This document shows positions 16,881 through 28,800 of a stretch of 49,691 nucleotides of DNA, one piece after another. The notes beneath the pieces were generated by a model that saw only the letters and a program-made list of their open reading frames with translations, searched no databases and was not told where the DNA came from. The position numbers and the translations under genes are program-made. Source of the DNA: Deltaproteobacteria bacterium (lineage in GTDB: Bacteria > Myxococcota > JACRCW01); assembly GCA_016218805.1 (NCBI GenBank), contig JACRCW010000155.1, positions 1 to 49,691 of the forward strand, written 5' to 3'. Positions within the stretch are counted from its first letter, which is position 1; each line of letters starts with the position of its first letter.

Positions 16881-19800
16881 ATGCGCAGGCAGTGTGCACT
16901 CGAGGGGACTTTGGTGACCGCCGCGCTCCTGGCGCTGGCGTTGCCCGCGCGCGCGTCCGTCGGTGGGACGCCGCCCGCGCAGCTGGCCGCGTGGCAGGTC
17001 CAGGGCAGCGCCAACACGGCGGGCGCCTCCATGATGGTGTCGGACGGGTTCGGCGTGAACATCGCCCTGCTGCCGGACAGCAACGCGTTCCTGGCCGCCG
17101 TACCCGGTGACGCGGTGGTGGCGGGGGCGTGGCTGTTCTGGAGCGGCAGCGCGGACCCGTTCTTCGGCACGGACAACGAGGTCCGCCTGCTGACCCCCGG
17201 CGGCGGCAACTACCTCAACCTGCGCACGGACCGCTGCGAACCCGGCGAGACCCCGTGCGACCTGTCGCAGAACCGCTGCCTGTCGGTGCGCACGCCCACC
17301 ATTGACATGGACTTCTACTACTGCCGGCGCAACATCACCGGGCTGCTGGCGCGCATTCCGCGCGGGCAGCTGGGCGGCACGTACACCATGGGGGACATGC
17401 AGGCGTCCGTGGGCCTGACGGAAGGCGCACCGGGCCAGTGCTCCCCCGGGGATCCCAACTGCCAGGCCAAGTACGGCGGGTGGAGCATCGTCGTCGCGTG
17501 GCAGTCGGCGTCGTCGGTGGTGGTGCGTGACGCGGTGCTGTTTGACGGGTTCTTGTACGCCGACGAGGACTACGGCAGCCCCGGCGGCGGTTCCGGCATC
17601 AGCTCCGCGTTCACCATGACGGGGATCAACGCCCGGCCCAATGCCCGCGCGGAACTGTCCATGTTTGCCTTGGAGGGCGACCGGCAGCTGGGCGTGCCGC
17701 CGCAGGATCAGCCGGGCAACCCGCTGTTCTGCACCACGTGCCTGGACTTCCTGGAGATAAGCACGCCGTCCCACGCCGCGCGCTGGCGCGTGACGGATGG
17801 GACGGGACTCAACCCGTCGGGCAACCTGTTCAACAGCAGCAACAAGGGCGGCGGGGATTCCGTTGGCGTGGACGTGGATTCGTTCAACGTGGGCGTGGGT
17901 GGCGTGGAGGCGGTCATCAACGGCGGGGACACGTCACTCACGTTTGTCATGGGCAGCGGAGACGGGCGTGTGGGCGGGGACAACGGCGGCGGCGAACTGT
18001 TCTTCCTGGGCTACCTGTTTGTGGCCCTGGACACGGACTCCCCGCGCCTGGCCAACGCGGGCACGTTCAAGACCGCCAGCCTGGTGACGGCCTCTCCGGG
18101 TGACGTCATTGCCTACACCATCCGCGTCACCAATGACGGCGCAGCCAACGCCACCAACGTGCGCGTCACCGACGCGCTGCCCGCGGGGACCACCTACGTG
18201 GCCGGCAGCACCACCAACACCTGCGGCGCCCCCAGCGGTGACGTGGGCGGCACGTCCCGGCTGTTCCAGCCCGGCGGCGTCAACCTGGGGACCATTGGCA
18301 TCGCCAGCCCGGGCAACTTCTGCGAAGTCCGCTTCCAGGTCCGCATCAACACCACGTTCACCGGCACGGTCCGCAACGTGGCCAGCATCTCCGCGGACGA
18401 CGTGCTGCCCTTCCCGGTGGAGGCGTCCACCACGGTGACCGCGCCGGTACTGGCGCGCTTTGAGAAGACGGTGTCCGGCGCCACGGGCGGTGGCGTGGTC
18501 CCGGGCGCCACGCTGACCTACACCCTGACGCTGTTTGGCAACGCGTCCCAGAACGTCAACGGCGCCAGCGTGGTGGACGTACTGCCCGCGGAACTGCAGG
18601 GCGTTGCCGTGACGTCACGCCCGGCCGGCTCCACGCTCATTTCCGACGTCACCACCGGCCGCCTCCAGGTGGACGGCATCAACGTCCCCGCGGGGGGCAC
18701 TGCCGTCATCGTCTTCACGGCCAGCGTGCGTGCCGGCACCGCGGACGGCACCGCCGTGCGCAACCAGGGCAGCGTGACCTTCCCCGGCGGCGGCCCGATG
18801 CGGTCCGATGATCCGTCCACCGCGGTGGCGGCGGACCCGACGACGGTGACGGTCCGCAACCGGATCGATCTGACCACTTCGCAGAAGACTGTGGTCAGTC
18901 CCGCGTCACTGGTGGCCAGTCCCGGCACTGCCATCCGGTGGCGCATCCGCGCGATCAACAGCGGCAACCGCTCCGCCACCGTTGCCATTGCGGATGACCT
19001 GCCCGCCAACGTTGGCACGTGCACCATCATGGCGGCCCCTGCGGGGGTCACCTGTCAGCCCGGAGGGGTGAACGGCACCGGCCGCGTCGTCGGGACGGTG
19101 ACGCTGGCGGCCGGCGCCACGGCGGACGTGGAGTTCACCGCCACCGTGCTGGCGTCCGCGCCGGATGGTGCCACGCTGGTGAACCGCGCCACGCTGACGC
19201 CGCAGGAAGACGTGACGCGGGTGGTCACCGTGACCGCTCCTGCCGTGACCGTGCGCAACCGGCCGGATGTCACCACCAGCACCAAGGCCGTGCTGGACGT
19301 CAACGGCGCGCCCACGCGTCCCGGGGAGACCGTGCGGTACACGGTGACCGTCACCAACAACGGCACGCGCGCGGCCACTGGCGTCGTCGTCACAGATGCC
19401 ATCTCAGCCAACCTGGCCATTGTGACCGTGGGGCAGGGCGGCATTGCTACGGGTAACAACGTCACGTGGAACGTGGGCAACCTGGCCGTGGGGCAGACCG
19501 TCACGCGGACGGTGGACTGCCGGGTGAACGCGGGCGTTGCCAACGGAACGGTGATCGGAAACCGCGCGCGCATCGCCTCACCGGACCTGGCGGCACCGTT
19601 TGACACGCCGCTGGTGAACTTCACCGTCACGGCGGCGCCGGTCATTGCCGTCACCAAGACGGTGACGGACGTCAACGGAGCGCCTGCCCGGCCGGGGGAC
19701 ACCGTCCGCTACACCCTCACGCTCACCAACACCGGCGACGGGAACGCCACCAACGTGGCGGTGACCGATCCGGTGGATGCGTCGCTCACGTTTGTATCCG

Positions 19801-22800
19801 CCACCGCTGGGGGCGCGCTCAGTGCCGGGAATGTCCGCTGGACGGTGGCCACGCTGGGACGGGGTGCTGCTTCCGCGGTCACGCTGACCTTTGACGCGCG
19901 CATCCGCACTCCGCTGGACAACGGGACGGTGGTCTCCAACCAGGCCAGCGTGACGTCCACGGAGATCACCACCGCGGTGCGCTCTGATGATCCGGGTCTC
20001 CCCGGCGCCACGGACCCCACGCGTTTCACCGTGACCAGCGCGCCCGCAGTGGCCATGACCAAGACCGTCACCGACCTCAACGGCGGGGACACGCTGCCGG
20101 GCGAAGAGGTGCGCTACACGCTCACGCTGACCAACACGGGTGACGCCATCGCGCGCAATGTGACGGTCACGGACGCGGTGGACGCGCGGTTGACGTCACT
20201 GGTGGCCGAAACCGGTGGCACCGTGGCGGGCCAGACCGTGACGTTCACCGGTGGCGGGTTGACGGCGCTGGCACCGGGCACGCCCGTCACGCTGACCTTC
20301 CGCGCGCGCGTGGTGTTCCCGCTGGCCAACGGGACAGTCATTCCCAACCAGGCGCGTGCCGCGGTGGGCGCCGTCACCGTGCTCAGCAATGACCCATCCA
20401 CGCCCGCCGCGCTGGACCCGACCAACCTGCTGGTCCGCTCCCGGCCGGCGCTCACCGTCACCAAGCGCGTCAGCAACCTCACCACGCCCGGCAGCGTGTA
20501 CCGCCCGGGCAACCGCATTGCGTATGACCTCACGGTTCGCAACACCGGCACCGAAAACGCGCTCAACGTTGTCATCACCGACGTGCTGAGCGCCAACCTG
20601 GTGAACATTGACGCCGGCGTGAACGGCACGCTGACGGGGCAGACGGTCCGGTATGACCGGACCACGTTGGCCGCGCTGGCCAGCGTGGCGCCCAACACGT
20701 CCCAGACCGTCCGCATCCAGGCCACCATCCGCCTGCCGCTGGACAACGGCATCACCATCAGCAACGTGGCCACGGGTACGGCGGATACGCTCACGCCCGT
20801 CCCGTCTGACAACCCGGACACGCCCGCGGTGGGTGACCCCACGGTCATCACCATCACCAGCGCAGCGGTGTTGTCAGCCACCAAGACGGTGACGGACCTC
20901 AACGGTGGCGCGTTCGCGCCGGGGGATTCCGTCCGTTACACCATCACGGTGCGCAGCACGGGCACCGCCAACGCACGCAATGTTGTCATCAGTGACCCGG
21001 TGGACGGGCGGCTGCGCAACCCGGTGCCGTCCAACGGTGGCGTGGTGGGCGGCGGTGGCATCCGCTGGGACGCGGCGGTGGTGCCGGCGCTCGCGGTGTT
21101 GTCACCCACGCAGTCCGTCACCGTGACGTTCACCGCAACCGTCCAGACTCCGCTGGATGACGGGACGCTCATTGCCAACCAGGCGCGCATCACGGCGGAC
21201 ACGCTGGCCGCGCTCCTCAGTGATGACCCCAACACGCCGGTGGCGGCGGACCCCACCACCATCCGCATCACCTCGGCCGCGGACCTGTCCGTCTCCACCA
21301 AGGAGATCCTGAACGCGTCCGGGACGCGCATCACGCAAGCCACGCCGGGGCAGGACCTGCAGTACCGCATCCGCGTCCAGAACCGCGGCAACGCCACCGC
21401 GCGCAACGTGGTGGTGGACGACGTGCTTCCGGCGCAGTGGACCACCCCGGTGGTGGTGTCCGGAACGCTGGCGGGGTCCACGGCCACGTGGACCGGTGCC
21501 ACGGTGTCCGGGCTGGTGGCGGTGGCGCCGGGTCAGCAGGTGGACCTGGTGGTGCGCGGGCGGCTGGCGCTGCCGCTGGATGACGGGACGGTGGTGGGGA
21601 ACCAGGCGCAACTGTTTGTCAACAACCGTACGGGCGCACCCTTCACCAGCGACGATCCTGCGACTGCCGCGCCCGGTGACCAGACGCGCTTCACGGTGCG
21701 CTCCGCGCCGCTGATCTCCGTGTCCAAGACGTTCACCGACGTCAACGGCGGCGACGTGGAGCCGGGAGACCAGGTCACCTATACCGTGTCCATTCGCAAC
21801 AGCGGCACGGCCAACGCGCGCAACGTGGTGGTGACGGACCCCCTGGCCGGCGCGCTGCAGTTTGTCTCCGCGGGGCAGGGCGGCACGCTGACGGGCAGCA
21901 CCGTGACGTGGAACAGCGCGGGGTTCCCGGCGCTGGCGGCCATTGCCCCGTCCGCCGCGGCGGTCACCGTCACACTGACCGCGCGCGTGCGCACCACCAC
22001 CGCCAGCGGGACGCTGGTGTCCAACCAGGCCAGTGTCGCCGCCACGGGCGTGGCGGCCGTGCTGTCGGATGACCCGGCGCTGCCCGGGCCGCGTGACCCC
22101 ACGGTGTTCCGCGTTGTCGCGCAGCCGCACCTGGTGGTCACCAAGGCGCTGCCCGCCGGCGCACCGCGCATTGCGTCTCCCGGGGACAGCATCACCTACC
22201 AGTTCTCCATCACCAACACCGGGTCGGCCACGGCCACCGGCGTCACGCTGCGGGATGAGCTCCCCTTTGGCGTGGCGTTCACCAGCGCCACCGGCGGTGG
22301 AACGTTTGACGCGCTTACGCGCACAGTCCGCTGGGCGCTGCCGGACGTCACGCCGTTTGGCGGCGAAGCGCGGGTCACGCTGGTTGTCGTGGTGGATGAC
22401 ACCGCAACGGACGGCCTGACGCTGCGCAACCAGGGTTTTGGGAATGCGCAGGGAACGGTGGCAACCGCGTCCGACGATCCTGCGACGCCGGCGGCGCTGG
22501 ATCCGACGGTGGTGACGGTGAGCGCCATTGTGGACCTGTCCACGGCCGCCAAGACCGTGACGGATGAGAACGGCGGCCTGTTGGTGCCGGGCGACGTGCT
22601 GGCCTGGCGCATCACCGTGCGCAACACGGGCAACACCGCCGCCCGCAACGTGACCGTCACCGACGAGTTGGACCCCGCGCTGGAGGTGGTGGAGGTGCAG
22701 GGCGGCGGCACGGCGTCCGGCAACACGGTGACGTGGGCGTCCGGGGGCGTGCCGGCGTTTGCGCGGCTCAGGCCGGCAGACGGGGAGGTGGCGCTGGTGG

Positions 22801-25800
22801 TCCGCGCGCGTGTCCGCGCCACGGTGGCGGACAACACCAGCGTGGCCAACCAGGGCGTGGTCCGCAGTAACGAATTCCCCGCCGGCATCCGCACGGACAA
22901 CCCCGCCACGACGACGGTGGATGATCCAACCGTGGTGACCGTGCGGGCACCGCGCCTGACCGTCACCAAGCGCGTGGTGGACCAGAACGGCGATCCCACC
23001 ATCCCGGGCGACCGCATCCGCTACTCCATCACCGTGCAGAACGTGGGCGGCGCACCCGCCGCGGCGGTGGAGGTTGATGACGATCTTCCGGCGGAGCTGG
23101 TGGAGATCGCCGTGGGCCAGGGCGGCACGCTGACCGGGCGGCACGCGCATTGGGACCGGACGACCACGCCCGCCCTCACGTCCGTGGCGGCCGCCGTCGC
23201 GGTGGAACTCACCGTGGACGCGCGGGTGGAACCCGGCGTCGCGGGCAACGCGGTGCTCTCCAACCAGGCCAGTGTGCGTTACCCCGGACTCCCGGCCGCG
23301 CTGCTCAGCGACGATCCGTCGACACCCGCGGGGGCGGACCCCACGGTGCTGCGGCTGCGCGGCGCGCCGTCGTTCGCGGGTTCCACCATCACCATTGACG
23401 GGAATCCGCCGGTGGTGAAGCCGTTGGATCCCATCCGGTTCACCATCACGCTGGTGAACGGAGGCACGGCCGTCACACAAGGCGCGGTACTGCGCGTGAC
23501 GCCGGACCCGTCCCTGGTCAGCCCGGTGGCGGAGGACGGCGGCATCCCGGTGGGGGGCGTGTTGACGTGGGACGCCTCCACGCGGCCCGAACTGGTCCGT
23601 ATGCTCCCCGGCCAGTTCATTGTTGTGCACTTCAATGCGCGCGTGGCGTCACCGCTGCCGGACGGAATCACCATCAGCCAGGCCGCGTTCGCGCGTTCGG
23701 TGGAGGTCGCGGATACGCGCATCGGCCCGGTCACCGTGGCGGTGTCGTCGCGGCCGCGCTTTGTTGCGTCCACGCTGGTGGTGACGGATGCCAACAGCGG
23801 TGAAGTGGAGCCCGGTGACCTGCTCAGCTACCGCCTGACCGTGCACAATGACGGCTCGGCCACGGGACGCGCGGTGTCCGTGGTGCTGCCGGTCCCGTCT
23901 GGAACGCGGTACGTCCCGGGCAGCACGCGCGTGGGAGCCGGCGCGCCCGCGGACGTGGGAGACGTGGGGGCGCTGGCAGTGGGCGCGGCGCTGGGTGACG
24001 TGGCGGCGGGCGCATCCGTGGTGGCAACGTTTGACGTGCGCGTGGCCCGCGAAACCCCGCGCGGGTACCGGGTGAGTGCGCAGGCCGCCATCACCGACGA
24101 GGTGGCGGGCACGGTGGCCAGCGACGACCCGCGCACTCCGGCGATCCTGGGCGACCCGACGGATGTGGTGGTGGGCGGTGGCGCGTTCCTGGCGGCCACG
24201 CTGATGGCGGACCCCAACCCAACCGGTGCGGACGGCGCGACCACGCTCCGCCTGGTGGTGGAGAACCCCGGGTCGCTGCCGGCGGCGGATGTGCTGGCCA
24301 CCGTGCCGTTGACACCGTCACTGGTGGTGGAAGCGGGAAGCCTGACGGTGGGCGGGTTGCCGGTGAGCGACGCTGACGACGGAGACGCGGGCGGTGCCAA
24401 CGCACAGCGGTTCTACGTGCGCATGCCGCTGGTGGAGAGCGGCCAGGCCGTGGTGGCCACGCTGCGCGTGCACCTGGCAGGGGGACAGGACCGGGCCGAA
24501 CTGCAGGGCACGTTGTCCCGCCCGGCGGCCATGGACGTCCCGACGGATGGCGACCCGGCGCGCGCGGGTGCGCAACCCACCGTGGTGGTGCGGCCCGGTA
24601 CGGCTGCCGACCTGGGTGGCAGTGCCGTGACGATGGTGGACGTGAACGGTGGAAGCCTGTTGGCCGGTGACATGGTGCTGGTGACGTACACGCTGGCCAA
24701 CCGCGGTGGCGTGGCCGCGCGCCTGTCTGACGGCACGGGTTTCAACGCTTCGCTGGATTCGCGTCTGCAGCTGGATGACACCTCCGTGGCGCCGGCGGCG
24801 CAGTTTGTTGCGGCGGACGGTGGCTCACGCGTGACCTCCGCGCCGGGCGCGCCGGGACAGACGATTGAACCGGGCGCGTCACTGACCATCACGTTCCGCG
24901 CACGGGTGCGGACGCCCACGGAGAGCGGCCGCGAGATCCGCACGCAGGCGCTGGTCACGCTGCAGGACGGGACGCAGTTCACCGTGGGGCCCGCGTCCCT
25001 GCGGGTGGGCGGCGCGGTGGGCACGTCGTCGCTCAGAGGCGTGGTGTTTGAGGACGTGGGCGGCAACAACCGGCGGCTGGATCCGGGCGTGGACAAGCTG
25101 GTGGCGGGTTACACCGTGGCACTGGTCCCGGCGGAGGCCGGTCCCCGCGGCACCGCGGTGCTGTCGGCCGTGTCGGATGACGACGGGAAGTACGCGCTCG
25201 CGTCGGTGGCGCCCGGTGAATACCGCGTGCGCGTGCTGTCGCGCGGTGGTGCGCAGTTTGCGGAGCGCGGCCTGGTCCTCTCCGCCGGCGAGCAGCGCAC
25301 GGAGAACCTGCGCATTGACCCCAGTGGCGTCATCTATGATTCGCGCGACGGGCACCCGCTGGCTGGCGTGCGCGTGACGCTGTTCCGTGACGACGGCGAT
25401 GATTCCGACGTGAACGACGCGGTGCTGCCGGCGGACCAGTTGCCGGCGGGCCAGCAGGACCAGGTGACCGGGCCGGACGGGCGCTACCGGTTTGACCCGT
25501 TGGCGGGCCGCTACCGCCTGGGGCTGGACGGACCGCAGCCCACGTCCGTGTGGCCGTCCGCGGTGATCCCCGTCTCCAATGAAGACCACGTTGCCAACCC
25601 GCTGGGCAGCTTTGCCCGCACGGATGCTGACGGCAACGTGGTCCCTGACGCGCAGCCGCGGTTGGACCGCGAGGTGCGTTACTACCTGCGGTTTGACCTG
25701 ACCACGGGGCGCGAAGTGCTGCACAACCACGTGCCCGTGGACCCGCTGGCGTCGGTGGTGCGCCTCACCAAGCAGGCCAACAAGCGCGTGGTCAACGCCG

Positions 25801-28800
25801 GTGACCTTGTCACGTACACCGTGCGGCTCACCAACACGGCGGCGCAGGATTTCACGGTGCGCAGCCAGATGGGCGGCGTGGAGTTTGCGGACGCCATCCC
25901 GTCGGGCTTCTCGTACGTGAAGGGCAGCGCACGCGTGGACCGCATCGTGCGTGATGATCGCGGTCAGCCGCGGCGCGAACGCCTGCCGACGGTGGACCCC
26001 GCCGGGAGCAAGGTGCTGGTGTTCGGCGCGTATGACCTGCTTGGCCGCTCTGAGATGGAGCTGCGCTACCAACTGGCGGTGGGACCGTCCGCCCGGTTTG
26101 GCCAGGCGGAGAACCGCGTGCTGGCGCGGGCGGCGGCCGGGCAGATGGCCATCAGCGCGGAGGCGCGCGCGTTTGTTGAGGTGCGCCCGGAGACGCTGTT
26201 TGACGACGGCACCGTGGTGGGCAAGGTCTTCTGTGACCAGGACGGTGACGGCTGGCAGGGCGCGGCCGAGGAGGGCGTGTTGGGGGCGCGTGTGGTGCTG
26301 GACACGGGCTTCTACGCGGAGACTGACGAGGACGGACGTTTCCACTTCACGCTGGTGACCCCCGGCAGCCACCTGGCCAAGCTGGACCTGGACACGCTTC
26401 CGCCGGGTGCCGTGCCCACGACGCCCATCCGCAACCCGTTCTACACGACGCGCGGCCTGCCCACGCGGATGAGCTGGGGCGTGCGCTGCCTGCGCGACCC
26501 TGCCACGCGCCCGTTTGTCGTCCTCAACACGGACTCGTATCCGTTGCCGTGGCAGAAACCGGTCCCGCCCGGTCCGCCGCCACCGGACCAGGTGCACGTG
26601 CACGGCGTGCTGACACAGCGGCTGGTGTTCCTGGATGGCGTGCGCCAGGAGCCGGTGCGCGTGGACCTGGGCATTGCGTTTGGGAACCAGGACCCGGTCA
26701 TTGGGCAGGGGCCCGGACCCAACCTGATGGCGTTCCAGGCGGACAAGGGCCTGGGGATGCCGCTGACGTTGCACCCGCGCGTTTCCACGCTGTTGCCGCT
26801 GACCGGGTGGCGTCTCGTCGTGGAGGACGAAGAGTCCCATGCGGTGGCGTGGGCCCTGGAGCAGGAGGAGCCACCGCCGGAGGTTCTCAACTGGGACGGA
26901 CGTGACCCGGCCACCGGCGAGCTGCGGCTGCAGGCCGGCCGCCGTTACATCGCCACGCTGGCGGTGGTGGCCACCAACGGTGACGTGGGCATCAGTGCGC
27001 CGCGGCGGTTTGGTATCCGCGTGGGCGCGGCGCAGGAGGGCGGCGGGTACGAGGCGCTCATAGACGAGGGCGCGGGTGCGCTGTTTGACAAGAAGGGGCG
27101 CCCGGACCCGCGCCTGCTGGCGTGGTTGCGCGAGGAAGCGCCCAAGCTGGGTGCGAGCGCGGAGACCAAGGTGGAGGTGGAGGTCCACGGCGACGACAAG
27201 ACGACGGCCAAGGAGGCGAAGGCCAACCAGAAACGTGCGGAGCGCGTGCGGGACGAGCTGGCCACGATGGGTGTGGCGAAGGACCAGGTGGAGGCGCGCG
27301 GGTTCGGCGGCGAGGCGGCGCGCGTGCCCAACATGGGCCGGCCGCAACGCGCGATGAACCGCCGTGTGGTCATCCGGTCACGCTCCGTGCAGGCCCTGGG
27401 CGAGCCGCTGGCCCCGGTGGAGAGCCTGCCGCGCGTGAACCTCAACGGGCTGGAGATTGCGCTTGACGAGGAACGGGTGCGGTTTGAGACGGACCTGCCC
27501 ATGCGCGTGGGCGAGCTGGTGCGCGTGGACCTGACCATGGCGTCGGGCCAGCGCGTGATCCTGGCGCGCACGTACACCGGCCAGCCGTTCCCGGAAGGCG
27601 CGTCCGCGCCGCCGCAGTCCGCGGGTGTGACGGTGCGCGGGGACATGGCGGGACCGCAGGTGGTGGTGGAGGACACGGCCATCCCCGTGCCCGCGGCCGG
27701 CTCCGTGGCCGCGGAGGTGGATGCGCCGGACGGGGGCGCCGCGCCTTACATGCTGGACGACAACGGGCTGCCGGACCGCGAGATTGCCATCCGGTTGCGC
27801 GCGCCGCCGGATGCGCTGCGCTGGAGCCTGCGCGTGTTCACGGATGCGCCGCCGCCGTCGCCCGCGGCGGACGGTGGTGTGCCTGACGGTGGTGCGCCGG
27901 ACGGCGGAGACGCGGGGAGCCTGTCCGCGGACGCCGGCACGGAGGGGCCGCGGGTGTTCTCCGGTGACGAGGTGGTGGTCTGGGAGCAGCGCGTGGAGGG
28001 CGCGCCCCCGGAGGTGTTCCGCTGGTCCGGCCAGAATGAGACGGGTGCCAACATGTTGCGGCCCGGCACGCTGCGGTTCCGCTTCATGGCGGAGGTTCCC
28101 GGCGGCGTGACGCTCTACGCCCCTGAGGGCGAGATCGCCGTGCAGGCAAAGCCCGCTCCCGTGGTCCTTTCAAACCCGTTCACCAAGACCAAGAAGCTCA
28201 CGCTGGCCGCGCAGATGGCGCTCGGCGGGATGCTCGAGCAGTTCGGGCGCCTGGGCGGGACCATCGTTGTCACGGCGCACACCGACAGCAGTTCCACGCG
28301 CATGAAGGCGCTGTTTGAAACGCAGGACCAGGCGGACCGCATCAAGGAAGCGCTGGTGAAGATGGGCGTCCCCGAGTCCGCCGTGGCGGCGCAGGGGAAG
28401 GGGTTCCAGGAGCCGCTGGTCCCCGGGAAATCCCGCCGCGCGCGTGAGCAGAACCGCCGCGTGGAGCTGCTTGTGGTGCCGGCGGCGCCCGTGTCTGCAC
28501 CCGCAGTGGTGGTGCCGGCCGTGGAGGTCAACGGCCAGCCCGTGCCGCTTACCGGCACCGTGTTCTCAGCCAGAACGTTCCAGACGCGGCGGGGTGACCT
28601 GGTGATTGCGTGGCGCGCCGTGACGGGCGACCGCGTGGTGCTGCGCCACCACGCCGTGCTTCCGGATTCCGGCGCGGCACCGCGGACCCTGGCGCAGGCC
28701 CTGGGGCCCATTCCCGGCACCACGCTGCTGCCGCTGCCTGCCGGGTACGTGCTGCCCTCCGCACCCCCCATGTTGGACGGCGGCACCCAGGACGGCGGCA

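Noticed and set aside
9681..25010. Repetitive DNA as CRISPR or DGR repeats
   Set aside because: The repeats are diverged, in-frame protein repeats. There are no identical repeat-spacer units, no adenine-specific TR/VR pair, and no cas or RT gene.
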